Shown: piece after piece, positions 13,601 to 28,059 of the stretch
How positions within the stretch are numbered: the first letter of the stretch is position 1
Layout of the letters: the number at the start of each line of letters is the position of its first letter
Assembly (NCBI GenBank): GCA_032718475.1
Contig: JAUCBJ010003955.1
Location: forward strand, 1 to 58,375
DNA length: 58,375 bases
Reading direction: 5' to 3'
DNA from: Nemertoderma westbladi
Lineage: Eukaryota; Animalia; Xenacoelomorpha
Made by a program: the position numbers and the translations under genes
Notes under the pieces: generated by a model
Database searches by the model: none
The model's input: the letters and a program-made list of their open reading frames with translations, nothing else
What the model was told of the DNA's origin: nothing

Positions 13601-16600
13601 TGGGAATATGGTGAACGGCCTTCACAACCCTCACACGTTGTGTGAATGCAGGGGATATGGTGAACGGCCTCGACAACCCTCGCACTTTGTCTGAGTGCCG
13701 GGAATATGGTGAACGGCCTTCACAACCCTCGCACGTTGTCTGAGTGCAGGGGATATGGTGAACGGCCTTCACAACCCTCGCACGTTGTCTGAGTGCAGGG
13801 GATATGGTGAACGGCCTCAACAGCCCTCGCACTTTGTCTGAGTGCCGGGAATATGGTGAACGGCCTCAACAACCCTCGCACTTTGTCCGAGTGCTGGGAA
13901 TATGGTGAAAGGCCTTCACAACCCTCGCACTTTTTCTGAGTGCTGGGAATATGGTGAACGGCCTCAACAACCCTCGCACTTTGTCTGAGTGCCGGGAATA
14001 TGGTGAACGGCCTCAACAACCCTCGCACTTTGTCTGAGTGCTGGGAATATGGTGAACGGCCTCAACAACCCTCGCACTTTTTCTGAGTGCCGGGAATATG
14101 GTGAACGGCCTCAACAACCCTCGCACTTTGTCTGAGTGCCGGGAATTTGGTGAACGGTCTCAACAACCCTCGCACTTTGTCTGAGTGCCGGGAATATGGT
14201 GAACGGCCTCAACAACCCTCGCACTTTGTCTGATTTCTGGGAATATGGTGAACGGCCTCAACAACCCTCGCACTTTTTCTGAGTGCTGGGAATATGGTGA
14301 ACGGCCTCAACAACCCTCGCACTTTGTCTGAGTGCTGGGAATATGGTGAACGGCCTCAACAACCCTCGCACTTTTTCTGAGTGCCGGGAATATGGTGAAC
14401 GGCCTCAACAACCCTCGCACTTTGTCTGAGTGCCGGGAATTTGGTGAACGGTCTCAACAACCCTCGCACTTTGTCTGAGTGCCGGGAATATGGTGAACGG
14501 CCTCAACAACCCTCGCACTTTGTCTGATTTCTGGGAATATGGTGAACGGCCTCAACAACCCTCGCACTTTTTCTGAGTGCCGGGAATATGGTGAACAGCC
14601 TTCACAACCCTCACACGTTGTGTGAATGCAGGGGATATGGTGAACGGCCTCGACAACCCTCGCACTTTGTCTGAGTGCCGGGAATATGGTGAACGGCCTT
14701 CACAACCCTCACACGTTGTGTGAATGCAGGGGATATGGTGAACGGCCTCGACAACCCTCGCACTTTGTCTGAGTGCCGGGAATATGGTGAACGGCCTTCA
14801 CAACCCTCGCACGTTGTCTGAGTGCAGGGGATATGGTGAACGGCCTTCACAACCCTCGCACGTTGTCTGAGTGCAGGGGATATGGTGAACGGCCTCAACA
14901 GCCCTCGCACTTTGTCTGAGTGCCGGGAATATGGTGAACGGCCTCAACAACCCTCGCACTTTGTCTGAGTGCTGGGAATATGGTGAACGGCCTCAACAAC
15001 CCTCGCACTTTGTCTGAGTGCCGGGAATATGGTGAACGGCCTCCACAACCCTCGCACTTTTTCTGAGTGCTGGGAATATGGTGAACGGCCTCAACAACCC
15101 TCGCACTTTGTCTGAGTGCCGGGAATAAGGTGAACGGCCTCAACAATCCTCGCACTTTGTCTGATTTCTGGGAATATGGTGAACGGCCTCAACAACCCTC
15201 GCACTTTTTCTGAGTGCCGGGAATATGGTGAACGGCCTCAACAACCCTCGCACTTTGTCTGAGTGCCGGGAATTTGGTGAACGGTCTCAACAACCCTCGC
15301 ACTTTGTCTGAGTGCCGGGAATATGGTGAACGGCCTCAACAACCCTCGCACTTTGTCTGAGTGCCGGGAATTTGGTGAACGGTCTCAACAACCCTCGCAC
15401 TTTGTCTGAGTGCCGGGAATATGGTGAACGGCCTCAACAACCCTCGCACTTTGTCTGATTTCTGGGAATATGGTGAACGGCCTCCACAACCCTCGCACTT
15501 TTTCTGAGTGCTGGGAATATGGTGAACGGCCTCAACAATCCTGCACTTTGTCTGATTTCTGGGAATATGGTGAACGGCCTCAACAACCCTCGCACTTTGC
15601 CTGAGTGCTGGGAACTTGGTGAACGGCCTCCCTCAACCCTGGCACTTTGCCTGAGTGCTGGGAATATGGTGAACGGCCTCAACAACCCTCGCACTTTTTC
15701 TGAGTGCCGGGAATATGGTGAACGGCCTTCACAACCCTCAAACTTTGTCTGAGTACTGGGAATATGGTGAACGGCCTTCACAACCCTCGCACGTTGTCTG
15801 AGTGCAGGGGATATGGTGAACGGCCTCAACAACCCTCGCACTTTGTCTGAGTGCCGGGAATATGGTGAACGGCCCCAACAACCCTCGCACTTTGTCTGAG
15901 TGCCGGGAATATGGTGAACGGCCTCAACAACCCTCGCACTTTGTCTGAGTGCCGGGAATATGGTGAACGGCCTCAACAACCCTCGCACTTTGTCTGAGTG
16001 CTGGGAATATGGTGAACGGCCTCAACAACCCTCGCAGTTTGTCTGAGTGCCGGGAATATGGTGAACGGCCTCAACAACCCTCGCACTTTGTCTGATTTCT
16101 GGGAATATGGTGAACGGCCTCCACAACCCTCGCACTTTGTCTGATTTCTGGGAATATGGTGAACGGCCTCCACAACCCTCGCACTTTGTCTGAGTGCCGG
16201 GAATATGGTGAACGGCCTCCCACAACCCTCACACTTTGTCAGAGTGCTGGGAATATGGTGAACGGCCTTCACAACCCTCACACGTTGTGTGAATGCAGGG
16301 GATATGGTGAACGGCCTCGACAACCCTCGCACTTTGTCTGAGTGCCGGGAATATGGTGAACGGCCTTCACAACCCTCGCACGTTGTCTGAGTGCAGGGGA
16401 TATGGTGAACGGCCTTCACAACCCTCGCACGTTGTCTGAGTGCAGGGGATATGGTGAACGGCCTCAACAGCCCTCGCACTTTGTCTGAGTGCCGGGAATA
16501 TGGTGAACGGCCTCAACAACCCTCGCACTTTGTCCGAGTGCTGGGAATATGGTGAAAGGCCTTCACAACCCTCGCACTTTTTCTGAGTGCTGGGAATATG

Positions 16601-19600
16601 GTGAACGGCCTCAACAACCCTCGCACTTTGTCTGAGTGCCGGGAATATGGTGAACGGCCTCAACAACCCTCGCACTTTGTCTGAGTGCTGGGAATATGGT
16701 GAACGGCCTCAACAACCCTCGCACTTTGTCTGAGTGCCGGGAATATGGTGAACGGCCTCCACAACCCTCGCACTTTGTCTGAGTGCTGGGAATATGGTGA
16801 ACGGCCTCAACAACCCTCGCACTTTGTCTGAGTGCAGGGGATATGGTGAACGGCCTCAACAGCCCTCGCACTTTGTCTGAGTGCCGGGAATATGGTGAAC
16901 GGCCTCAACAACCCTCGCACTTTGTCTGAGTGCTGGGAATATGGTGAACGGCCTCAACAACCCTCGCACTTTTTCTGAGTGCTGGGAATATGGTGAACGG
17001 CCTCAACAACCCTCGCACTTTGTCTGAGTGCTGGGAATATGGTGAACGGCCTCAACAACCCTCGCACTTTTTCTGAGTGCCGGGAATATGGTGAACGGCC
17101 TCAACAACCCTCGCACTTTGTCTGAGTGCCGGGAATTTGGTGAACGGTCTCAACAACCCTCGCACTTTGTCTGAGTGCCGGGAATATGGTGAACGGCCTC
17201 AACAACCCTCGCACTTTGTCTGATTTCTGGGAATATGGTGAACGGCCTCAACAACCCTCGCACTTTTTCTGAGTGCTGGGAATATGGTGAACGGCCTCAA
17301 CAACCCTCGCACTTTGTCTGAGTGCTGGGAATATGGTGAACGGCCTCAACAACCCTCGCACTTTTTCTGAGTGCCGGGAATATGGTGAACGGCCTCAACA
17401 ACCCTCGCACTTTGTCTGAGTGCCGGGAATTTGGTGAACGGTCTCAACAACCCTCGCACTTTGTCTGAGTGCCGGGAATATGGTGAACGGCCTCAACAAC
17501 CCTCGCACTTTGTCTGATTTCTGGGAATATGGTGAACGGCCTCAACAACCCTCGCACTTTTTCTGAGTGCCGGGAATATGGTGAACAGCCTTCACAACCC
17601 TCACACGTTGTGTGAATGCAGGGGATATGGTGAACGGCCTCGACAACCCTCGCACTTTGTCTGAGTGCCGGGAATATGGTGAACGGCCTTCACAACCCTC
17701 ACACGTTGTGTGAATGCAGGGGATATGGTGAACGGCCTCGACAACCCTCGCACTTTGTCTGAGTGCCGGGAATATGGTGAACGGCCTTCACAACCCTCGC
17801 ACGTTGTCTGAGTGCAGGGGATATGGTGAACGGCCTTCACAACCCTCGCACGTTGTCTGAGTGCAGGGGATATGGTGAACGGCCTCAACAGCCCTCGCAC
17901 TTTGTCTGAGTGCCGGGAATATGGTGAACGGCCTCAACAACCCTCGCACTTTGTCTGAGTGCTGGGAATATGGTGAACGGCCTCAACAACCCTCGCACTT
18001 TGTCTGAGTGCCGGGAATATGGTGAACGGCCTCCACAACCCTCGCACTTTTTCTGAGTGCTGGGAATATGGTGAACGGCCTCAACAACCCTCGCACTTTG
18101 TCTGAGTGCCGGGAATAAGGTGAACGGCCTCAACAATCCTCGCACTTTGTCTGATTTCTGGGAATATGGTGAACGGCCTCAACAACCCTCGCACTTTTTC
18201 TGAGTGCCGGGAATATGGTGAACGGCCTCAACAACCCTCGCACTTTGTCTGAGTGCCGGGAATTTGGTGAACGGTCTCAACAACCCTCGCACTTCGTCTG
18301 AGTGCCGGGAATATGGTGAACGGCCTCAACAACCCTCGCACTTTGTCTGATTTCTGGGAATATGGTGAACGGCCTCAACAACCCTCGCACTTTTTCTGAG
18401 TGCCGGGAATATGGTGAACGGCCTCAACAACCCTCGCACTTTGTCTGAGTGCCGGGAATATGGTGAACGGCCTCAACAACCCTCGCACTTTGTCTGAGTG
18501 CCGGGAATATGGTGAACGGCCCCCACAACCCTCAAACTTTGTCTGAGTGCCGGGAATATGGTGAACCGCCTCAACAACCCTCGCACTTTGTCTGAGTACC
18601 GGGAATATGGTGAACGGCCTCCCTCAACCCTCGTACTTTGTCTGAGTACTGGGAATATGGTGAACCGCCTCCACAACCCTCAACCTTTGTCTGAGTACTG
18701 GGAATATGGTGAACGGCCTCCACAACCCTCACACTTTGCCTGAGTGCTGGGAATATGGTGAACGGCCTCAACAACCCTCGCACTTTTTCTGAGTGCCGGG
18801 AATATGGTGAACGGCCTTCACAACCCTCAAACTTTGTCTGAGTACTGGGAATATGGTGAACGGCCTTCTCAACCCTCGCACTTTGTCTGAGTGCCGGGAA
18901 TATGGTGAACGGCCTCAACAACCCTCGCACTTTTTCTGAGTGCCGGGAATATGGTGAACGGCCTTCACAACCCTCAAACTTTGTCTGAGTACTGGGAATA
19001 TGGTGAAAGGCCTCCCTCAACCCTCGCACTTTGTCAGAGTGCTGGGAATATGGTGAACGGCCTCCACAACCCTCGCACTTTGTCTTAGTGCCGGGAATAT
19101 GGTGAGCCGCCTCCACAACCCTCAAACTTTGTCTGAGTACTGGGAATATGGTGAACGGCCTTCTCAACCCTCGCACTTTGTCTGAGTGCCGGGAATATGG
19201 TGAACGGCCTCAACAACCCTCGCACTTTGTCAGAGTGCTGGGAATATCGTGAACGGCCTCCACAACCCTCGCACTTTTTCTGAGTGCCGGGAATATGGTG
19301 AACGGCCTCCACAACCCTCGCACTTTGTCTGAGTGCTGGGAAAATGGTGAACGGCCTCAACAACCCTCGCACTTTGTCTGAGTGCCGGGAATATGGTGAA
19401 CGGCCCCCACAACCCTCAAACTTTGTCTGAGTGCTGGGAATATGGTGAACGGCCTCAACAATCCTGCACTTTGTCTGATTTCTGGGAAAATGGTGAACGG
19501 CCTCAACAACCCTCGCACTTTGTCTGAGTGCCGGGAATATGGTGAACGGCCTCAACAACCCTCGCACTTTGTCTGAGTGCCGGGAATATGGTGAACAACC

Positions 19601-22600
19601 TCCACAACCCTCGCACTTTTTCTTAGTGCTGGGAATATGCTGAACGGCCTCCACAACCCTCGCACTTTGTCTGAGTGCTGGGAAAATGGTGAACGGCCTC
19701 AACAACCCTCGCACTTTGTCTGAGTGCCGGGAATATGGTGAACGGCCTCAACAACCCTCGCACTTTGCCTGAGTGCCGGGAATATGGTGAACGGCCTCCA
19801 CAACCCTCGCACTTTTTCTGAGTGCTGGGAATATGGTGAACGGCCTCAACAACCCTCGCACTTTGTCTGAGTGCCGGGAATATGGTGAACGGCCTCAACA
19901 ACCCTCGCACTTTGTCTGAGTGCTGGGAATATGGTGAACGGCCTCAACAACCCTCGCACTTTTTCTGAGTGCCGGGAATATGGTGAACGGCCTCAACAAC
20001 CCTCGCACTTTGTCTGAGTGCCGGGAATTTGGTGAACGGTCTCAACAACCCTCGCACTTTGTCTGAGTGCCGGGAATATGGTGAACGGCCTCAACAACCC
20101 TCGCACTTTGTCTGATTTCTGGGAATATGGTGAACGGCCTCAACAACCCTCGCACTTTTTCTGAGTGCTGGGAATATGGTGAACGGCCTCAACAACCCTC
20201 GCACTTTGTCTGAGTGCTGGGAATATGGTGAACGGCCTCAACAACCCTCGCACTTTTTCTGAGTGCCGGGAATATGGTGAACAGCCTCAACAACCCTCGC
20301 ACTTTGTCTGAGTGCCGGGAATTTGGTGAACGGTCTCAACAACCCTCGCACTTTGTCTGAGTGCCGGGAATATGGTGAACGGCCTCAACAACCCTCGCAC
20401 TTTGTCTGATTTCTGGGAATATGGTGAACGGCCTCAACAACCCTCGCACTTTTTCTGAGTGCCGGGAATATGGTGAACGGCCTTCACAACCCTCACACGT
20501 TGTGTGAATGCAGGGGATATGGTGAACGGCCTCGACAACCCTCGCACTTTGTCTGAGTGCCGGGAATATGGTGAACGGCCTTCACAACCCTCACACGTTG
20601 TGTGAATGCAGGGGATATGGTGAACGGCCTCGACAACCCTCGCACTTTGTCTGAGTGCCGGGAATATGGTGAACGGCCTTCACAACCCTCGCACGTTGTC
20701 TGAGTGCAGGGGATATGGTGAACGGCCTTCACAACCCTCGCACGTTGTCTGAGTGCAGGGGATATGGTGAACGGCCTCAACAGCCCTCGCACTTTGTCTG
20801 AGTGCCGGGAATATGGTGAACGGCCTCAACAACCCTCGCACTTTGTCTGAGTGCTGGGAATATGGTGAACGGCCTCAACAACCCTCGCACTTTGTCTGAG
20901 TGCCGGGAATATGGTGAACGGCCTCCACAACCCTCGCACTTTTTCTGAGTGCTGGGAATATGGTGAACGGCCTCAACAACCCTCGCACTTTGTCTGAGTG
21001 CCGGGAATAAGGTGAACGGCCTCAACAATCCTCGCACTTTGTCTGATTTCTGGGAATATGGTGAACGGCCTCAACAACCCTCGCACTTTTTCTGAGTGCC
21101 GGGAATATGGTGAACGGCCTCAACAACCCTCGCACTTTGTCTGAGTGCCGGGAATTTGGTGAACGGTCTCAACAACCCTCGCACTTTGTCTGAGTGCCGG
21201 GAATATGGTGAACGGCCTCAACAACCCTCGCACTTTGTCTGATTTCTGGGAATATGGTGAACGGCCTCAACAACCCTCGCACTTTTTCTGAGTGCCGGGA
21301 ATATGGTGAACGGCCTCAACAACCCTCGCACTTTGTCTGAGTGCCGGGAATATGGTGAACGGCCTCAACAACCCTCGCACTTTGTCTGAGTGCCGGGAAT
21401 ATGGTGAACGGCCCCCACAACCCTCAAACTTTGTCTGAGTGCCGGGAATATGGTGAACCGCCTCAACAACCCTCGCACTTTGTCTGAGTACCGGGAATAT
21501 GGTGAACGGCCTCCCTCAACCCTCGTACTTTGTCTGAGTACTGGGAATATGGTGAACCGCCTCCACAACCCTCAACCTTTGTCTGAGTACTGGGAATATG
21601 GTGAACGGCCTCCACAACCCTCACACTTTGCCTGAGTGCTGGGAATATGGTGAACGGCCTCAACAACCCTCGCACTTTTTCTGAGTGCCGGGAATATGGT
21701 GAACGGCCTTCACAACCCTCAAACTTTGTCTGAGTACTGGGAATATGGTGAACGGCCTTCTCAACCCTCGCACTTTGTCTGAGTGCCGGGAATATGGTGA
21801 ACGGCCTCAACAACCCTCGCACTTTTTCTGAGTGCCGGGAATATGGTGAACGGCCTTCACAACCCTCAAACTTTGTCTGAGTACTGGGAATATGGTGAAA
21901 GGCCTCCCTCAACCCTCGCACTTTGTCAGAGTGCTGGGAATATGGTGAACGGCCTCCACAACCCTCGCACTTTGTCTTAGTGCCGGGAATATGGTGAGCC
22001 GCCTCCACAACCCTCAAACTTTGTCTGAGTACTGGGAATATGGTGAACGGCCTTCTCAACCCTCGCACTTTGTCTGAGTGCCGGGAATATGGTGAACGAC
22101 CTCAACAACCCTCGCACTTTGTCAGAGTGCTGGGAATATCGTGAACGGCCTCCACAACCCTCGCACTTTTTCTGAGTGCTGGGAATATGGTGAACGGCCT
22201 CCACAACCCTCGCACTTTGTCTGAGTGCTGGGAAAATGGTGAACGGCCTCAACAACCCTCGCACTTTGTCTGAGTGCCGGGAATATGGTGAACGGCCCCC
22301 ACAACCCTCAAACTTTGTCTGAGTGCTGGGAATATGGTGAACGGCCTCAACAATCCTGCACTTTGTCTGATTTCTGGGAAAATGGTGAACGGCCTCAACA
22401 ACCCTCGCACTTTGTCTGAGTGCCGGGAATATGGTGAACGGCCTCAACAACCCTCGCACTTTGTCTGAGTGCCGGGAATATGGTGAACAACCTCCACAAC
22501 CCTCGCACTTTTTCTTAGTGCTGGGAATATGCTGAACGGCCTCCACAACCCTCGCACTTTGTCTGAGTGCTGGGAAAATGGTGAACGGCCTCAACAACCC

Positions 22601-22954
22601 TCGCACTTTGTCTGAGTGCCGGGAATATGGTGAACGGCCTCAACAACCCTCGCACTTTGCCTGAGTGCCGGGAATATGGTGAACGGCCTCCACAACCCTC
22701 GCACTTTTTCTGAGTGCTGGGAATATGGTGAACGGCCTCCACAACCCTCGCACTTTGTCTGAGTGCCGGGAATATGGTGAACGGCCTCCACAACCCTCGC
22801 ACTTTTTCTGAGTGCTGGGAATATGGTGAACGGCCTCCAGAACCCTCGCACTTTGTCTGAGTGCCGGGAATATGGTGAACGGCCTCAACAACCCTCGCAC
22901 TTTGCCTGAGTGCTGGGAATGTGGTGAACGGCCTCCCTCAACCTTAGCACTTTG
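10643..22954. repeat. 49-bp satellite/minisatellite array, ~250 units, with higher-order duplications
   Basis: Consensus TCTGAGTGCCGGGAATATGGTGAACGGCCTCAACAACCCTCGCACTTTG in tandem. Variant series recur at offsets of ~542, 2647, 2892 and 2990 bp. Confidence 0.98.
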
Positions 22955-23373
22955 TTGGCAAACCGACTCGGCTGGACGAATCGATTCCTGAAGGCCAAGT
23001 TATCCTGTAGCTCACCGACGCCAAGGTGAGTTGCATCTCACCAGGTGCTCAGGTGGGTGCGTGGCTGGGTCGCCACCAATAATATCATATTCCTAGGTTA
23101 TTCCGGGTTTCTTTCCCGGATTCTTTGGTTTTGTAAATATTTGTACTTTAAATAAGCATTTACAATGGGAGTAACACAAATTTTGTTAAGTAAGTTATGA
23201 ATAATAGCAATAGGAAATTAGTAGCTTTACCTTCATAAAAAGGCCCATTGAATATCATGGTATGATCAGACACTACGGCTCTATAGTCTATGTAATATGT
23301 ATTCTCACAGTAGTATCTACACTGACTGTGCCTTAAGTTAATGAAGTAATTCTACTTGCTTATTGTTCATGAT

Positions 23374-23543
23374 GTGGGGCGAGCCACGAAGTGAGTGAGC
23401 CTTAGCGTAGTGGTACCATTAATCAACCTGTCGTTCTTGTTCAATTTTAAACGTTAATAACTCGGCCAATCTTTGATGAAATCTATCCAAACTTGGTACA
23501 CATGTTGTTTGGCAAAAGTTTAGAAATTTTCCAAGTTGAATTT
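23374..23543 (-). repeat. Dispersed repeat A; inverted copy at ~25502-25685, with its terminal ~60 bp duplicated at ~25695-25755
   Basis: GTGGGGCGAGCCACGAAGTGAGTGAGCCTTAGCGTAG.GGTACCATTAATCAACCTGTCGTTCT is the reverse complement of 25623-25685. Confidence 0.85.
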
Positions 23544-23899
23544 CCGTGTGGCTTTCGAGAAGCTAAGATAATAGCAGTTAATTAGTTAATTAAGTTGATT
23601 ACGGTAAAAACACCATTTTCAACCTGCCTTTTAAAGGAAATTAATTGTTTTACAGTATAAGATTTAAATAATTATACTTAAAAATTATACAGATGTAATC
23701 CACATACGCCATTCTATTATAGTTTTTAATTAGTTCAAGTGATTTGCTTTAATAAATGTGTCTTTAATTGATCTAAACGTAATTAAACGGCACAATTATA
23801 GAGTACAAATTTAATCCTTCCCATTATTGGTCAAGTCTCTGCTGGTGTGGAGCTAGCTGCTGGGAGTTGTGGCTGTAGACTAACCAGAGAGGAATAGTA

Positions 23900-24288
23900 A
23901 CACGTTCGTGGGGCCTTCTCGCAGCACGAGGCCCAGTTATGAGATACAAATTAAAATTGAGCGACTGTATCACAAAATCAGTATTTGAGAAATTTAACCA
24001 CACCGCCAATCAATCAAAGAAAGGGGGACAGTACGTGTTCAGCCCTTTTAATCTGCACCCCCCCCCCACCCCCCCCACCCTTCCCACCTACCAATACATA
24101 ACCACAACATCTACCACCCACGGAAGGGTAGCACGAACTTATTTCCAATCGCACGTTCAATATGCAAAGCCAGGTGGTTTATAGGAATATAATAAACGCA
24201 GTACTCATTTTCATTATAAGCCTCGTTGCGTTCGTCCTGTTTTGTATTTAAATATATTTCCTAAACGCAGACTGACGATCTTTATAAT
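23900..24288 (+). repeat. Dispersed repeat B (~390 bp); inverted copy at ~26401-26790, partial copy at ~26233-26385
   Basis: Near-identical reverse complements (ORF track 23939+ vs 26751- give the same spurious peptide). Terminal hairpin GGGCCT...AGGCCC. Confidence 0.88.
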
Positions 24289-27256
24289 GCGTTAAATAGG
24301 CGAAGCCAGGTATGGTTTTGGTTTATAGGAATATAGTCTACGCAGCACTCGTCCTCATGAGCCCGAGTTATAGTTTGGCAATGTAGATGCAGCAGTTGCA
24401 CCCGACCAGCCGGAAACTCGGAGCTATAGGCCAGGCCTACTGCTTGTACAATGCGTGTCAATTTCAACACCGCTGGGCACTGGGTGATGGCAGAGTGAGA
24501 TTAAAAAACCGGATTATTTCATCCTCGGTTACGGTTAGTCCAGTTTGCCCATAGCGGCGGCAATACCTAAACTCGAGGTCAACAGACAGAGGCGGCCTTG
24601 GTCATTGGTGGTGAGTTGTTTGATTTCAATTCCAACACTTTTCTGGGCAGCTGGGTACACTCTGGTAGTGGGTACCTGAACTTAGAATGCCGGTCAGCTG
24701 GTTAGTCCGCATAACTTCCATTGTTGCAGTTGCCGAGTCGATGGATGGTTGGTAGGGGTAGGCCTATTGCTATTGTTGTATCTTGGCAGATTGGTATGTA
24801 CATCTACATCTGATTATACCAGTTGCCGGTGCTGTCGGTCGTACCAATATAGTCTTTAATTAACATATTTAACCGAGGCTTAACCTTAGATTTAACCTAA
24901 GAGCAGAAACCGTAAATGAAGAAATTAATTATCTTTCGTCGCTGACAAGCTGACAGGAACGTGGAAATGCGGTAGTGCTGTCGTAGTTCAGTACCATACC
25001 GCAGTACCGGGAGTTATGTAGTTGGCAGTTGCTACCGGTCCGGTTGTACAGTCTGACAGTAGTAGGGCAGTACGGTGGACGGTGCCAACGGACCCTCTAA
25101 ACTAATTCAGGACCGCAGGAAAGCAGTCCGCACTGCAATGTATGTCTAATTACTGAATTAGGGCCTACATAATTAGGATTAGTATACAGGATTAGAATAC
25201 AGAATTAGTATACGTGATCTATAATCACTGCACCGGTACTGCAGTACCAGTCAGCCAGTACCGTAAAACACCGAATACAGTATGTTATTGCAGTATTGTC
25301 TGATTGGAGGATTCCAGATTCAGGGATTGAGTATAGTACCGGTACAGGCCTCAATGCTATTACTGTAATTTCGTAATTTGCCAGAAACCCAGCTGATTTA
25401 GTCTCCTAGCAACCCACAGATGTCAAGCGTTATAATTTTGGATAAATAAATTTATTATAACTGTAAGACAGTTACACTGGTGCTGCATGAAGGTCCCAAG
25501 CAAATTCAAGTTGGAAAATTTCTAAACTTTTGACAGACAATTTTCTACCAAGTTTGGTGCATTTCATAGAGGATTGATCGAGTTATTAACGTTCAAAATT
25601 GAACACTGCAAAAAAAGCGACAGAACGACAGGTTGATTAATGGTACCCCTACGCTAAGGCTCACTCACTTCGTGGCTCGCCCCACAGACCAACAGAACGA
25701 CAGGTTGATTAATGGTACCACTACGCCAAGGCTCACTCACTTCGTGGCTCGCCCCATAGGCAACCAGTATTGCTATTCCAGCCCAGACAGCATTCTTTAA
25801 ATCCAACATCCCAACATCCTTCCCGTATTCCAATTCCTATTGACTCTACTATAAATGTTGTATTGCTATCTCAGGTAAATGACAGATATAATAACATAAA
25901 TACTATCCATGGCATGGCTGTTGTAGGCTTCTGAAATAGTTTATTCCACAATGTATATGTCTGGTTATTTTTTAATTGAATTTTTGCAAAGTAGTAACAT
26001 TAATGTTCTTAAAAATAATATTATTATTTTATATGTAACCTAGGAAATTAGCTACATTTTTTCGGTGCAGCTTTAAGAGTGTACATTGATTTAATATTAT
26101 TTCAATACCCATATTACTACATCGGCATACGATGCGTTGGCGTTGTATCACACATCTCCACATATCACACATCTCCACATAGATGTATCAACAGTTACTC
26201 GCACAGTTTCGAAATTTCGCATAGTTATAACTGTATAAAGATCGTCAGTCTGCGTTTAGGAAAAATATTTTATGACAAAACAGGACAAGCGACGAGCGCA
26301 ACGAGCGCAACGAGGCATATAATGAAGACGAGTACTGCGTTGACTAAATTATTATATAAACCACCTGGCTTCACATATTGATCGCATCCCTAGTTATTAT
26401 TATTATAAAGATCGTCCTAGCCTGCGTTTAAGAAATATATTTAAATACAAAACAGGACGAACGCAACGAGGCTTATAATGAAAACGAGTACTGCGTTTAT
26501 TATATTCCTATAAACCACCTGGCTTTGCATATTGAACGTGCGATTGGAAATAAGTTCGTGCTACCCTTCCGTGGGTGGTAGATGTCGCGGTTATGTATTG
26601 GTGGTTGGGAAGGGTGGGGGGGGGGGGGGGGGGGGAGATTAAAAGGGTTGAACACGTACTGTCCCCCTTTCTTTGATTGATTGGTGGTGTGGGTAAATTT
26701 CTCAAAACCTGATTTTGTGATACAGTCGCTCAATTTTAATTTGTATCTCATAACTGGGCCTCGTGCTGCGCGAAGGCCCCACGAACGTGTACATAGTGTA
26801 GCTTACATTGTACAGTGTATGCAATCCTACTTACAGAGAGAAACTCATATAGAAAGCACCGTGGTCGATAATGAGATTGTCCTGGGAATTGTTAGAGTTG
26901 TTGTTGTTCTGTGTGACACCAGCATCATCAATGCTTATGGTACATGGGATATTATAGAGCCTGTTGCTACAGTAGGCTCTACATACACTACAATTCTATC
27001 GTTCCAAATCAATGACAACGAATTCTTGTGAATAATAAAGCACTATGCTCTGTGTATTTCATTCGTAGTGTTCTGTAATTTAACTACAAACTTAATGTCG
27101 TCATTAATTTATTTCCTTATCGGGTTTCTAATATTTATTTATTTTATTTTATTTATTTATCCTTTAAGACAATATATCAAATACACAAAATACACAAATA
27201 ATATATTTTGACCCACACAGTACGCAAATAATAGCTGTAAGATACTAGTGCCGCCT

Positions 27257-27406
27257 GATGTACTAGGGCGATCCGCCCGATGTACTAGGGCGATCCGCCC
27301 GATGTACTAGGGCGATCCGTCCGATGTACTAGGGCGATCCGCCCGATGTACTAGGGCGATCCGCCCGATGTACTAGGGCGATCCGCCCGATGTACTAGGG
27401 CGATCC
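27257..27406. repeat. 22-bp tandem repeat, ~7 copies
   Basis: Unit GATGTACTAGGGCGATCCGCCC. Confidence 0.95.
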
Positions 27407-27479
27407 TATAAGGATAACGAAGGGATAATGGGTTATTTTGATATTGGTAATTATGATGTTTCCACCTTCTGTTCTGGTA

Positions 27480-28022
27480 TCAGGTGAGGACCTTCGAATA
27501 CGTAAGGGAAAGGCATTGGCAGCCTTGAATAGGCTTTCCAGGATTTGGAAGTCACCGAGAATTAATCGGAAACTTAAGGTCCGATTATTTAGAGCAGCAG
27601 TAGTTCCAGTACTCCTCTATGGGAGTCCATGCTGGGCTCTAACTGCTGAGGAAACCAAATCTCTGGATGGCACATTCACAAGAATGCTACGCCGGGTTCA
27701 TTGTGTCAAGTACAATGCACACATCTCCAACCAGACACTATATAACATTGGAGGTGTCTCATTGGTTCCCCCAAGCTTGACACTAGAACAAATACGCCTC
27801 CGCTTTGCAGGACATTGCTTTCGCCGTGAGGACCAGCCAGTGCATAATCTTGTACTTTGACAGCCTCATGGAGTGAATAAGCATGGTGGACAGCCCATGA
27901 CTTTCTTGAGACGCATCTTCAAGGACACTGGCCTTGAAGATGCGGATGATCTAGCAAATGTCATGGGTGATAGGGAGTTGTGGTGGCGCAATTTTGTCGA
28001 CAAGCCGGCACAGCATTCTTAA
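27480..28022 (+). mobile_element. 5'-truncated non-LTR retrotransposon (RTE-like LINE), C-terminal part of the RT ORF
   Basis: RIRKGKALAALNRLSRIWKS...KVRLFRAAVVPVLLYGSPCWALT...LRFAGHCFR...W(TGA)QP...DRELW is a typical RTE-like RT thumb/C-terminus. One in-frame stop at 27858-27860. Confidence 0.85.
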
Positions 28023-28059
28023 AAATGCAGCTGCAATGCAGCATGCCGATACTAGTAGT

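Noticed and set aside
10643-22954. CRISPR array or repetitive protein-coding gene
   Set aside because: There are no unique spacers and no cas genes, and the context is eukaryotic. The many ORFs are artefacts of a 49-bp unit (not a multiple of 3) cycling through frames. YGERP only superficially resembles a C2H2 linker.
23060-23080. PBS-like TGGTGGCGACCCAG on the minus strand next to the satellite
   Set aside because: No adjacent LTR pair or CA terminus could be identified.
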